Source: an uncultured bacterium (GTDB taxonomy: Bacteria > Desulfobacterota_D > UBA1144 > Nemesobacterales > UBA2774). From it: 64,000 nucleotides of DNA. The notes under the pieces were generated by a model. The model did not search any database and was not told the origin of the DNA. It was given only the letters and a program-made list of their open reading frames with translations. Position 1 is the first letter of the stretch; each line of letters starts with the position of its first letter. The position numbers and the translations under genes are program-made. The stretch spans positions 2,048,001-2,112,000 of the forward strand of contig CAWGRW010000009.1 of the NCBI GenBank assembly GCA_963825135.1, read 5' to 3'. Shown piece after piece: positions 28,508-38,446 of the stretch.

Positions 28508-30217
28508 TCAGGCGGGATTGGCTTCGACGGCGGAGCTCTTTACGAGAGCAAGGAACTCGGTGTAGCTTTTTATTTTAAGCACCCTCTCGGTCATTCCGTA
28601 CACACGGAAAAGCTTGGCCAGCTCCGCTGTGATTTCGAGCTGCGTATCCGGAGCGTCGACGGGGGTGAGTATAAGGAATATCACGTATGCGGGCTTATCG
28701 TCGGGCGCGTCGAAGTCGATTCCCCTATCGGAGACGCCGACGGTCACTACCGGCTTGCTGATTCCTTCGATACGGGCATGGGGCAGCGCAACCCCGTTGC
28801 CGATTCCCGTGGGAAGGGTTTCTTCCCGTTCCCATACCGCGGCTTCCACCTCGCTCGTGTTGAGGCCCGACGCCTCACATGCCATGGCCGTGAGCTCGTG
28901 TATCGCCATGCGGCTCGAGAAGGCCTGGAGATCGCGCGTAAAGAGCCTTGAGGACAGGACGTCCTGGAGCGTCCGTTTCTTGCCGAGACGGAGTATGAGC
29001 CGTATAGCCGGCCCGCTTATCATGGACGTGACGATGGCCATGATAACAAGAGCGACGAACAGGCGCGGACGTATAATTCCCGCTTGAAGGGCGAGCAGGC
29101 CGAGGATTATCTCCATTGCGCCCCTTGCGTTCATCGCGAACCCGACCGCCCAGGCGTCACGCTTGGGGAGGTTCCCCCACCTTGCCCCGAGTATTCCTCC
29201 TGCGAGCTTGCAGACGCATGCGATCAGCAATACCGTCAATACGGGCACGAGATCGAAGTGTGTGATGAAATTGACTTTCAGTCCTATGCTCGCAAAGAAG
29301 ACCGGCGCGAAAATGAAGGAGACGAATTCATCGATCATTACCCTGGTGCGCTCACGCAGATGCGAGGAATCGCCCACCGACACTCCGACGATGAAAGCGC
29401 CGAATATAGCGTGAATTCCGATCCATTCGGTAAAAGCGGCTCCGAGGAGCGCGAGTACCAGTGCGAAGCTCAGCACGCCGCCCGGCCATCGCGTATAGGC
29501 CTGCAAAAAGGGTAGAGTCCTGTGAATGAGCGAGCGTCCCACGGTGAGCATAACCCCGGCGAAAGCCAAGGTAAGCGCGATCGTTAACAGAATATTGCTC
29601 GCATGCCCGGATTCGGCTCCTATGAGGCCGAGGATTATAGCGAATATTATCCATCCTATGAGGTCGTTCAAGATAGCGGCGCTGATTACAATCATTCCAA
29701 AATCACTTCGGTAAAGGTCGAGGTCCATGAGCGTCTTTGCAATTACCGGAAGAGCGGAAATAGACAGGGCCGTCGCGAAAAAGAGGCCGAATACCATCGG
29801 GTTGGCATCGACATGTCTGCCAAGGGCTTGAGGGGCAAGCAAGGCCACGATCAACCCCAGGAAAAACGGGATTACCATGCCGGCGGTACCGACCTTGAGT
29901 CCGATTCTGCCCTGTCTCCAGATGGTGGAGAGGTCGACTTCCATACCGGCCACAAGCATAAGCAGTGAAACGGAGAGGGTAGTGAACGCGTTGAGCGCAA
30001 CGGAATTAGGACCCTCTTGCGGGAATAAAAAGGCGCTCGTTTCGGGAGCCAGGCTCCCGAGGACCGTCGGACCCAGAATCACGCCCGCGAGGATCTCTCC
30101 CAATACTGCGGGCTGGTGTAACCTCTGAGCGAGCTCTCCCAATACCCGCGCAACGCCGAGCAACAAGCCGAGTGACAGGAAGAAGACCATTATATTGTCC
30201 TGTGTGAGACTATGCAT
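28508..30217 (-). CDS. Cation:proton antiporter (CPA2-like) with C-terminal PTS EIIA-like domain
   Basis: QPAVLGEILAGVILGP, SISALPVIAK, MNARGAME; C-terminal TGIGNGVALPHAR and FDAPD. Confidence 0.9.
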   Translation of the reverse strand: MHSLTQDNIMVFFLSLGLLLGVARVLGELAQRLHQPAVLGEILAGVILGPTVLGSLAPETSAFLFPQEGPNSVALNAFTTLSVSLLMLVAGMEVDLSTIWRQGRIGLKVGTAGMVIPFFLGLIVALLAPQALGRHVDANPMVFGLFFATALSISALPVIAKTLMDLDLYRSDFGMIVISAAILNDLIGWIIFAIILGLIGAESGHASNILLTIALTLAFAGVMLTVGRSLIHRTLPFLQAYTRWPGGVLSFALVLALLGAAFTEWIGIHAIFGAFIVGVSVGDSSHLRERTRVMIDEFVSFIFAPVFFASIGLKVNFITHFDLVPVLTVLLIACVCKLAGGILGARWGNLPKRDAWAVGFAMNARGAMEIILGLLALQAGIIRPRLFVALVIMAIVTSMISGPAIRLILRLGKKRTLQDVLSSRLFTRDLQAFSSRMAIHELTAMACEASGLNTSEVEAAVWEREETLPTGIGNGVALPHARIEGISKPVVTVGVSDRGIDFDAPDDKPAYVIFLILTPVDAPDTQLEITAELAKLFRVYGMTERVLKIKSYTEFLALVKSSAVEANPA

Positions 30218-30666
30218 AGTTATAATTCCGAAATTATACGTAAATTGTCCGGCATAAGCAGGACTAACGCGCGTAGGATTTTTTCGTGCCGAATCCGGGA
30301 TTGTTGCCGTACTTTGGTCTCAGGTCATAACCCTGAAGGGCGGGACCCGTTTGCCAGTCTTCGTAATTGTGCCGGGTAATTCCCGGTAAATCAATCTGAA
30401 ATTGCGTGCGGGAATCATTTAGATTTTTTCCGGTCTGCTATTCAATTCGCGGTGTGTTTGGCGGGTTAGCTTCGATTTCTTCCATATCTGAGAACCCTCA
30501 TTTCTGATACAGTCGTAATGACATTACTGATGCTTTCACTCTAGTGCGAGAATGCAGGAGATAATCCGTCACGGAAAGAGGTCAGTTAAGTCCGCCTGTA
30601 TTCCGGATGCCCGTTCCGGCATAGAAGGGAAGGGCATCCGTATTCATGACGTTGGCAGTACGCTTA

Positions 30667-31683
30667 TCATTTGGCTGATTTTTCCAGGTGTCCGCCGAAC
30701 TCGTAGCGCATGGCCGAGAGCAGCCTGTTCTGGAATTCCGCATCGCCTCGGGAGCTGAACCGTGCATAGAGCGCAGTCGACAGGACCGGCACAGGTACTG
30801 CTTCGTCGATCGCGGCCTTGATGGTCCAGCGTCCCTCACCGGAGTCCGAAACCCGCCCGGCGAAGTTGGAAAGGGCCGGGTCCTCGAACAATGCGGTCGC
30901 GGTCAGGTCGAGGAGCCAGGACGCAATGACGCTTCCGCGCCGCCATACCTCGGTGATGTCAGGGAGATTCAGGTCGTACTGGTAATGCTCGGGGTCGCGA
31001 AGGGGAGTAGTTTCGGCGTCGATCTCGCTCTTCTGCTTCCCTATATTAGCCGCTTTGAGCACGCCCAGCCCCTCGGCGTACGCGGCCATTATTCCGTACT
31101 CGATGCCGTTATGTACCATCTTTACGAAGTGCCCCGCGCCGTTAGGGCCGCAGTGCAGGTAGCCCTGCTCCGACGTGCCGCCAACCTTGTCTCTTCCCGG
31201 AGTGCGGGGAATGTCGCCAATCCCCGGCGCCAGTGTGGCGAAAACCGGGTCAAGGCGCTTTACTATCTGATCTTCACCCCCGATCATCATGCAGTATCCG
31301 CGCTCGAGTCCCCAGACGCCGCCGCTCGTTCCCACATCCACATAATGTATGCCTTTCGCAGCGAGCCCCTTCGCCCGCCTGATATCATCCACATAATAGG
31401 AGTTGCCGCCGTCGATCAGTATGTCCCCCGGCTCCAATAACGGAACGATCTCGGAGATCATCTCGTCGACAACCGCCGCCGGGACCATCATCCAGATCGC
31501 CCGAGGCTTGTCAAGCTTCTTCGTGAATTCCTGTAATGAGGAGGATCCGACTGCCTTTTCCTGTACGAGTCCCTGTACTGCTTTCTGCGACCTGTCGAAA
31601 ACCACACACTGATGCCCCCCGTTTAAGAGTCGTCTCACCATATTTGCGCCCATTCGGCCTAGTCCAATCATCCCAAGCTGCAT
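30667..31683 (-). CDS. gnd: 6-phosphogluconate dehydrogenase, decarboxylating (short type)
   Basis: GLGRMG, IDGGNS, GAGHFVKMVHNGIEYG, DSGEGRW, FGGH. Confidence 0.95.
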   Translation of the reverse strand: MQLGMIGLGRMGANMVRRLLNGGHQCVVFDRSQKAVQGLVQEKAVGSSSLQEFTKKLDKPRAIWMMVPAAVVDEMISEIVPLLEPGDILIDGGNSYYVDDIRRAKGLAAKGIHYVDVGTSGGVWGLERGYCMMIGGEDQIVKRLDPVFATLAPGIGDIPRTPGRDKVGGTSEQGYLHCGPNGAGHFVKMVHNGIEYGIMAAYAEGLGVLKAANIGKQKSEIDAETTPLRDPEHYQYDLNLPDITEVWRRGSVIASWLLDLTATALFEDPALSNFAGRVSDSGEGRWTIKAAIDEAVPVPVLSTALYARFSSRGDAEFQNRLLSAMRYEFGGHLEKSAK

Positions 31684-31956
31684 AATTGTCTCCTTATTGA
31701 TATGAGATTTAGATATTTCGCATTAGAGTTTAGTGCACGTCTTGGTTGATGACAAGCCCGTTAGGTTCGGGTTCATCTCACGTTCATACAGAGAGACGCC
31801 AATCGGAGCTCAGAACTCGTTGGGGGGATACGGGTACATAAAAATGGGTTTTCCCGGATGTCTCCACTGCCCGGTCTCATTTAAGCACCGTTTTATATCG
31901 GGGCTTGAATTTAAAGGCTTTTACGGTTGAATTGGAATACTATCGGTTTGGAGGTG

Positions 31957-31983
31957 AAAAAGAAGGGAGATGCGTCATCTCCC
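31957..31983 (-). terminator. Intrinsic terminator downstream of the 32004..32357 gene
   Basis: GGGAGATG-ACG-CATCTCCC followed by TTCTTTTT on the minus strand. Confidence 0.7.
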
Positions 31984-32003
31984 CCCTTTTATGATTCTAC
32001 AGC

Positions 32004-32357
32004 CTAGTCTACAAGAAGAACCCAGCCGTAATTATTGCCTTCGATCTTCCCGGTCATTGTGACATTCTCTCTCTGAGGCATCATGGATACCTTCATGAGT
32101 CCGTCCTGAAGACCTTGAATTGTATAGACGGTGCCGTCCTTCGTCATAAGTATGTGCTGATGCGGCGGTAAGGTGTTACAGGGCCCTGTGGAGATTACGG
32201 GTGTAACTGTGCCTTTCTTGTAATCCGGTATCAGACAAATTACGGTTCCCGTAATTGTCTTCGTGCCCTCATCCGCTGCAAAAGAACGGACCGTGAAAAG
32301 ACCGGCCAAAGCTACTGCGATTACTAACGACATTATAACTAGTCTAAATCCTTGCAT
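32004..32357 (-). CDS. Small secreted hypothetical protein with two Cys and an HQH motif
   Basis: GGAGGT RBS before ATG at 32357; signal peptide. Confidence 0.75.
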   Translation of the reverse strand: MQGFRLVIMSLVIAVALAGLFTVRSFAADEGTKTITGTVICLIPDYKKGTVTPVISTGPCNTLPPHQHILMTKDGTVYTIQGLQDGLMKVSMMPQRENVTMTGKIEGNNYGWVLLVD

Positions 32358-32395
32358 TTTTAATACCTCCCTAAGGTGATTTTTACTTATGTTAT

Positions 32396-32424
32396 TTATA
32401 CGCTGGGAATGTGAGAATGGATTC
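32396..32424 (-). promoter_or_regulatory. ECF-type promoter motif, copy 1
   Basis: GAATCC-N16-CGTATAA upstream of 32357. Confidence 0.65.
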
Positions 32425-32469
32425 ATTTTTATAGCGTCGAAATAATATTTGAAAAATACAGGGAAATCC

Positions 32470-32685
32470 TTATTTCTCCTGAAGAAAGCTTTTGGTAAGC
32501 TCTATCGTCTTTTTGTATGTATTGAGGAAGGCCACGCAGTCGGGGCATATTCCCAGGTGCTTCTCGAACTCCGCTTTGGTCTCCGGACTCAGCTCTCCGC
32601 TCAGGAAGTCCAGTATCAGGTTCGTCGCGTCCCTGCATGTGTCCACGTTCTCTGGTTTGTTCGTTGGAATTGATCGTATGGTCAT
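32470..32685 (-). CDS. Stand-alone zinc-binding (zf-HC2/ZAS) anti-sigma factor
   Basis: C...FLSGELS...HLGICPDC (HxxxCxxC); no TM segment; next to the ECF sigma gene. Confidence 0.88.
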   Translation of the reverse strand: MTIRSIPTNKPENVDTCRDATNLILDFLSGELSPETKAEFEKHLGICPDCVAFLNTYKKTIELTKSFLQEK

Positions 32686-32705
32686 GTTATCCCTTTTTTA
32701 TACGG

Positions 32706-32734
32706 TTAGACGTATAGAAAAAAGAATAGGATCC
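32706..32734 (-). promoter_or_regulatory. ECF-type promoter motif, copy 2
   Basis: GGATCC-N16-CGTCTAA upstream of the anti-sigma gene. Confidence 0.75.
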
Positions 32735-32827
32735 AAAATTAATATATATGTATGCAAATGCGAAGAATAGTCCGTTTCCAGTTTCGTGTAAATGCCCCGA
32801 TTTCCAGTGCCAACAGGCATTTATGAG

Positions 32828-33496
32828 CTATACAGCAGAATATCCAAGCTGTACCGCCAGTTTTGACCGGAGATATAGCCTTGCCCTGTGGAGTCTGCCT
32901 TTTACGGCCAGCACGCTCAGCCCCAGGACGTTTCCTATCTCCGGATTCGTCAGCTCTTCGATTTCACTCAGGACTATGACGGTCCTGTCCAGCGGCGAGA
33001 GCTCTTGCATCGCACTCTCTATTATCGTCTTTAGCTCCTTGTCGGCAACCTTCTTTTCAACCTCCTGCGACCAGTCGATCACAGGCCTCTCCGCGTGGTG
33101 TCCGTCGTCATCGAACCTCGGCATGTAGTCGTCGAGCGAGACAGTTCTCTCTCTCTTATTTTTTCTTAACTTGGAGATGGCTTCGTTTGTGATAAGCCTG
33201 TACAGCCAGGTCGAGAACTTGGAATCGGTGCGGAAGGTGTGGGCTTTTCTATAAATCGTAAGCGATACCTCCTGCACCACGTCCTCTGCGTCGGAATGGT
33301 CGTTAGTTACTTTCAAGGCCGTCCGGTAGATTCTTTCCCTGTACCGTCTGAGAATTTCATTGAGTGCTCCCTCGTCCCCGCCTTCTGCGATCAGGCCAAT
33401 CAGGCTCTCGTCAGCGACATTCGATATATCAGAGATTCGATCTCTGATCTTAAGACTCTCATTCCTTTCTACATTCCTATTATCGACCATGCTCAT
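32828..33496 (-). CDS. ECF-family sigma-70 factor
   Basis: DAEDVVQE, SKFSTWLYR, EIGNVLGLS..AVKGRLHRAR. Confidence 0.93.
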   Translation of the reverse strand: MSMVDNRNVERNESLKIRDRISDISNVADESLIGLIAEGGDEGALNEILRRYRERIYRTALKVTNDHSDAEDVVQEVSLTIYRKAHTFRTDSKFSTWLYRLITNEAISKLRKNKRERTVSLDDYMPRFDDDGHHAERPVIDWSQEVEKKVADKELKTIIESAMQELSPLDRTVIVLSEIEELTNPEIGNVLGLSVLAVKGRLHRARLYLRSKLAVQLGYSAV

Positions 33497-33522
33497 GATG
33501 TGCTACCCCCTGGATTTTTGTT

Positions 33523-33804
33523 TTATATCCGCTCATTGTCCACAAGATCGTTTAAAAGGGTCTTGATGAAAGCAGAGCATTTGACTATCTCCATGCGCTC
33601 GTCCTTTAACTTCGATAGCGCTTCCAAACCTTCGTCGTCAATAAAAGTCACGCCGGAAAAATCGAGTGTTATCGTTTTTTTGTTTCTGGCGCACGCGCAG
33701 TTGCAGGCTTGCTCCAGCTCCTCTACATACGGACCTTCAATTTTTCCGTCTATCTTCAGCGTGAGATTTTCGCTGTCCTGTTTTATTTTTGAAATCATAA
33801 GCAT
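33523..33804 (-). CDS. Small STAS-domain protein
   Basis: LKIDGKI...LDFSGVTFIDDEG STAS signature. Confidence 0.8.
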   Translation of the reverse strand: MLMISKIKQDSENLTLKIDGKIEGPYVEELEQACNCACARNKKTITLDFSGVTFIDDEGLEALSKLKDERMEIVKCSAFIKTLLNDLVDNERI

Positions 33805-33876
33805 TTATTCACCTTTCCTCGTTTTCTGGTTTTAATCCTGACTCACTATTCTGTGATGTCATTTGATGACTATAAG

Positions 33877-33892
33877 TGCAATTGCTGTGCCA
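33877..33892 (-). promoter_or_regulatory. Sigma54 (-24/-12) promoter driving the STAS and ECF sigma genes
   Basis: TGGCAC-AGCAA-TTGCA, an exact match to the TGGCAC-N5-TTGC consensus, about 70 bp upstream of the STAS start. Confidence 0.85.
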
Positions 33893-34192
33893 ATCGTAAA
33901 TTATTGTGTCTTGGCAGTCGTATCTCCCTTATATCATTCAACTATTGTCCATTCTTCGAAAATCAGCCGGAAAGATGTGACCAACCTTATCCATGAAATA
34001 TGGTGACAGTTACGAAATATCGTGGTTTTCAGGAAGAAGAAGTGGTATGCTATTTTACTAAATGGTCGTTTCAAACCGGCGCATCTTTTCTAAGCTATCT
34101 ATACAGAAGTCTTTTTAGTGAACGATATATGTATTCCTGTAATTGTTTTGATACACCGGGGCGTAAGGAATCCAAATAGGGGGTTTAGACAT

Positions 34193-36364
34193 ATGAGCGA
34201 TAATAGGCAATTAGAAGAAACTCACAATAGAGCGGAGATCGTATTCTCACAAAACCTCCCGGATTTACGCTCGAACGGAAATGACTATTATAAGGATCTC
34301 GAGATACTGAATCATCTCGCTCAGGGCACTGCTTCGGTCGTGGGCTCCAATTTCTTTAACTCGCTCGTTCATCACCTGGCATCGGCGATGAAGGTTCGTT
34401 ACGCGTTCATAGCCCAGTGCACGGACGACACGTTCACCAGGGTAAGGACTCTATCCTTCTGGGTGGATAACCATTTCGGCGAGAACATAGAATTCGAGCT
34501 TAAAGGCACTCCTTGCGAAAATGTTATCGCCGGAAACGTAAGCGTGTATCCCGACAGGCTCCAGTCGCTGTTCCCGGAGGATACGGGCCTGGTCGATATG
34601 AGCGCTCAGAGCTATCTCGGAATACCGATAAGGGACGCATGGGAAAATGTTCTGGGTCACATTGCCGTAATAGACGATAAGCCGATGGGTCATGAGCCCT
34701 TGGGTATAAACGTGCTGCAGATTTTCGCGGCCCGCGCGGGCGCCGAAATAGAGCGCAAGCGCGCCGAGGATTCCCTCAGGGAAAACTATATGGTGCTTGC
34801 GAAGAAGAACCGTTACGAAACCATAATAGGCAACGTCACGCGGATGGTGCATCAGTCCCTGAAGCCCGAAGAGGTTTTCGAGAACGCAGTCGATGCGCTC
34901 AGCAAGAATATAGAAAAGGTGAACTGCGCGGGAATATATTTGATAGAGGGGGATGAGGCCGTACTCAAGGCGCAAAGAGGGTACCCGGTAAAGTATCTGG
35001 AGTTCACGAGCCGGATCGTGCGTCCGAAAGGGTTTACTTGGGAGACCATAACGAAAGGGGAGCCGAATTATTGCCCCGATCTGGATACGGTGGCCGCGGC
35101 GAGCGTCGCTAGAAGGGCGGGGGTTAAAAGTTTTCTCTGTGTTCCCATCAGGAGCAGAGGGGGGGTTATTGGAACTCTGGATATAACTTCCTTCCATAAG
35201 AATGCTTTTGATGAGGACGAGCTAAAGCTCCTGGAAATCGTATCGAGGCAGATAGAGACGGCGGTGAACAATGCGAGACAAACAGCCGAGCTTAGGGAGT
35301 CTCAGCTGTCGCTGCAGATGGCGCTGGCAGAGGTCGAGGAGCTTAAAAACAGGCTTCAGATTGAAAACGTCTATCTGCGTGAAGAAATAAATACGGAGAA
35401 TAATTTCGAGGAGATCGTAGGCAGGTGCGATGAGATCAAGCGTGTTCTGGTCAGTGTCGGGCAGGTAGCGCGAACCGGGACGACAGTGTTGATTCATGGA
35501 GAGACAGGGACCGGAAAGGAGCTCGTCGCGCGCGCGATACATAACCTGAGTGACAGAAAGCACAGGACCCTCGTAAAGGTCAATTGCGGGGCTATATCGG
35601 CGGGGCTCGTGGAGAGCGAGCTCTTCGGCCACGAGAAAGGGGCGTTTACGGGTGCGCTGCAAAAGAGGGTCGGCAGGTTCGAGCTTGCTGACGGCGGTAC
35701 GATATTTCTGGATGAAGTGGGGGAGCTTCCTCCCGATGTGCAGGTGAAGCTGCTCAGGGTACTCCAGGAAGGCGAATTCGAAAGGGTAGGGAGCAGCGAA
35801 ACGATTAAGGTCGACGTAAGGGTTATAGCGGCCACAAACAGGGACCTCGAAGAAGCGGTAAGGGATAAATCATTCAGGTCCGACCTTTATTACAGGCTCA
35901 ACATCTTCCCTATATACGTACCTCCGCTTCGCGAGCGGAAACCGGACATCCCGCTGCTCGCTAATTTCTTCCTGACTAAATTTTCGAAAAAACTTGGCAA
36001 GGATTTTACCGGATTCTCCAATGGCACTCTGGACAGACTTCTCGATTACCACTGGCCGGGAAACATCAGGGAGCTCCAAAATATTGTGGAAAGGGCGGTC
36101 GTGATATCAAATTCACCCGTGATCGATATAGATGACTCGGTGCTCGGCAACGCGAATGGTTCATCCGCAAGCGCGGCCGAAGATAATAAGTCCCTCGAGG
36201 ATGTGGAACGTAATCATATAATCAGCGTGCTGGAGGAGTCAGGCTGGGTTATTGACGGCAAGAGGGGGGCTGCTACGGTGCTCAATATCAACCCCAATAC
36301 GCTCAGGTCTCGGATGAAAAAACTGGGCATAACCAAGCCCGAGCGTATGAACCGCGGCCTGTGA
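34193..36364 (+). CDS. Sigma54-dependent enhancer-binding activator (FhlA-like; GAF-GAF-AAA+-HTH)
   Basis: GETGTGKE, ESELFGHEKGAFTGA, FLDEVGE, DLYYRL, WPGNIREL, C-terminal HTH. Confidence 0.95.
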   Translation: MSDNRQLEETHNRAEIVFSQNLPDLRSNGNDYYKDLEILNHLAQGTASVVGSNFFNSLVHHLASAMKVRYAFIAQCTDDTFTRVRTLSFWVDNHFGENIEFELKGTPCENVIAGNVSVYPDRLQSLFPEDTGLVDMSAQSYLGIPIRDAWENVLGHIAVIDDKPMGHEPLGINVLQIFAARAGAEIERKRAEDSLRENYMVLAKKNRYETIIGNVTRMVHQSLKPEEVFENAVDALSKNIEKVNCAGIYLIEGDEAVLKAQRGYPVKYLEFTSRIVRPKGFTWETITKGEPNYCPDLDTVAAASVARRAGVKSFLCVPIRSRGGVIGTLDITSFHKNAFDEDELKLLEIVSRQIETAVNNARQTAELRESQLSLQMALAEVEELKNRLQIENVYLREEINTENNFEEIVGRCDEIKRVLVSVGQVARTGTTVLIHGETGTGKELVARAIHNLSDRKHRTLVKVNCGAISAGLVESELFGHEKGAFTGALQKRVGRFELADGGTIFLDEVGELPPDVQVKLLRVLQEGEFERVGSSETIKVDVRVIAATNRDLEEAVRDKSFRSDLYYRLNIFPIYVPPLRERKPDIPLLANFFLTKFSKKLGKDFTGFSNGTLDRLLDYHWPGNIRELQNIVERAVVISNSPVIDIDDSVLGNANGSSASAAEDNKSLEDVERNHIISVLEESGWVIDGKRGAATVLNINPNTLRSRMKKLGITKPERMNRGL

Positions 36365-36380
36365 TAGTTCTCGAACACCC

Positions 36381-38387
36381 TCAGCCCGTTTGCTGGTCGT
36401 TTTGATATTTTTCTATTTCTGTCCAGGCTCGTATAACCTCAGCCACGGTCCATGCTTGCGCGATGCACCCTCTGGGCGTCATCGGAGCGTCACCGTCGAA
36501 GATTTCACTCAGGCTGCCCACACCGTGCGAGCGCAGCTGTCCCAGCATGGGTATTAAAAAGCCCTTGGCCTTTTCTGTCTCCCCGTATGCTCTCAGGTGC
36601 GCCAGAGCAAAATGCCCGAGGAGCCAGCCCCATACGGTGCCCTGGTGGTACGCGCCGTCCCTCGACCTCGAATCGCCTCCGTAATGCCCTTTGTAGTCGG
36701 GGTGATCGGGCGAGAGGCTCCTGAGCCCGTGTGATGTCAGTAGGCTGAGCGCGCAGGCTTCGACGACTTTTTTCTGCCTATCCGAAGAGAGAGGGCTTTC
36801 CGGAAGGGATACGGCGAACAGCTGATTCGGTCTTAAAGACGGGTCATCGCCGGCCGGCCCGTCGATCACGTCGAAGCAGTAGCCGGTTTTTTCGTTCCAG
36901 AAGCGTGAAAACCCTTCAAGTGCTCTGGCTGCCGCGGATTCGTATTTTTTTGCGGGTTTTTCCAGTTGCCCGGCGAAACTCGCCATAGAGCGGAGGGCGT
37001 TGAACCAGAGGGCGTTTACCTCCACGGGTTTGCCGATACGGGGAGTGACCACCCAGTCTCCCACCTTGGCATCCATCCATGTGAGCTGCACCCCCGCCTC
37101 TCCCGCATAGAGGAGACCGTCTGTCGGATCGACCTTGATGTTATAACGGGTCCCCTTACTGTGCCAGTCGATTATTCCGTCCAGTATCGGAAACATCTCT
37201 TCGAGAAACGCTCTGTCTTTCGTGTCTTCGAAGTATGCGCGTACCGCCTCGAAATACCAGAGCGTCGCGTCGACCGTGTTGTATTCGGGCTTTTCCCCCG
37301 CGTCCGGGAAACGGTTGGGCAGCATCCCCATATCGACATAGGCTGAAAAGGTTTTGATTATCGACCTCGCGATTTCCGGGCGTCCCGTGGATATGGTCAG
37401 TCCGGGCAGGCTTATCATCGTATCTCTTCCCCAGTCCCCGAACCAGTGATACCCCGCTATGACGCTTTTGCCGTCTTTGTCCTGTCCGGAGGGCCTCCTT
37501 ACGATGAACTGATCCGCGGCCAGGGCCAGATGGCCGAGACCGGCATTTGTTTCCGCATAGTTGTTCTTTTGTTTGACTCTGAATCTTTTATTGATTTGTT
37601 CTTCATATTCCTTCCTCTGTCCGAGCGCCTTGTTTCCGTCTGTATCGGAAGATTGTTCCGTGCTGGCCGCGATATTGAAAGACTCGCCTTCCCGGAGTGT
37701 GCATGTCAGGTTCGCGGCGTGGAGGTGGTCTTCCAAATGATCGAGCCCCCTGTATTCTTCGAGCGCCAGATTGAAGCCGTAATACCAGTCGTCCGCCGTC
37801 TCCGTCTCCGCTTTATCCGTAAGGATACAAAAAGGCACGGCGCCGTCATAGGCGGTTATTCGTATTCCATTGCCGGTTCTTTCAACCTTCATCCTCCAGC
37901 CGCCCGCATGAGTCGAGCCGTGGTAATCCCTGTAGTTCACATATGCTTTTACGCTCATGCTCAGGGGCCGCGAGGCCCTTTTGAGCTCGTACCTGATATA
38001 TGTCGTATTGCTCCCCTGCGCCATCCATATTCGCTTCTCAAGGAGGGCGTCGGCGCAGGCGAAATCCCAGACGGGGATTGCGCCGTCGAGGTAAAACCTT
38101 TCGATGTTTACATACCCTTCGGGGCTGACCGTGCCGTCTGCCCACCGGTTTGAGCTGAGCGGATAATTCTTCCCTCCGTAAGTGACCGTCTCGTCAAGTT
38201 TCGTTACGAGAAGGTTCCTGCCGAGAGGGGGCTTGAGCGCCGCCACCAGGAGTCCGTGATATCTTCGAGAAAGTAAACCCGCGACCGTACCGGAGGCGAA
38301 CCCCCCTATACCGTTTGTCACGAGCCATTCCCTTTTTTCCGAGATTCCCGGCTCGCAGCTGATCTCCCTTCCGAATTCAATCGCCAT
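36381..38387 (-). CDS. Amylo-alpha-1,6-glucosidase / glycogen debranching enzyme (archaeal-type)
   Basis: EWLVTNGIGG, AGYHWFGDWGRDTMISLPG, LTWMDAK, AYHQGTVW, QAWTVAE. Confidence 0.92.
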   Translation of the reverse strand: MAIEFGREISCEPGISEKREWLVTNGIGGFASGTVAGLLSRRYHGLLVAALKPPLGRNLLVTKLDETVTYGGKNYPLSSNRWADGTVSPEGYVNIERFYLDGAIPVWDFACADALLEKRIWMAQGSNTTYIRYELKRASRPLSMSVKAYVNYRDYHGSTHAGGWRMKVERTGNGIRITAYDGAVPFCILTDKAETETADDWYYGFNLALEEYRGLDHLEDHLHAANLTCTLREGESFNIAASTEQSSDTDGNKALGQRKEYEEQINKRFRVKQKNNYAETNAGLGHLALAADQFIVRRPSGQDKDGKSVIAGYHWFGDWGRDTMISLPGLTISTGRPEIARSIIKTFSAYVDMGMLPNRFPDAGEKPEYNTVDATLWYFEAVRAYFEDTKDRAFLEEMFPILDGIIDWHSKGTRYNIKVDPTDGLLYAGEAGVQLTWMDAKVGDWVVTPRIGKPVEVNALWFNALRSMASFAGQLEKPAKKYESAAARALEGFSRFWNEKTGYCFDVIDGPAGDDPSLRPNQLFAVSLPESPLSSDRQKKVVEACALSLLTSHGLRSLSPDHPDYKGHYGGDSRSRDGAYHQGTVWGWLLGHFALAHLRAYGETEKAKGFLIPMLGQLRSHGVGSLSEIFDGDAPMTPRGCIAQAWTVAEVIRAWTEIEKYQNDQQTG

Positions 38388-38446
38388 AATCGAGTCTCCC
38401 TCCCGTTCCTGTCATCCGTATGCTGTGGATAATGGATACCATCAGA

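Noticed and set aside
30313..30325. 13-mer TTTGGTCTCAGGT also present near 57870
   Set aside because: A single short match in opposite orientation relative to the adjacent genes; compatible with chance
30218..30660. Possible riboswitch (c-di-AMP or Na+) upstream of the antiporter
   Set aside because: Only short hairpins seen and no recognisable consensus; an Infernal/Rfam scan would be needed
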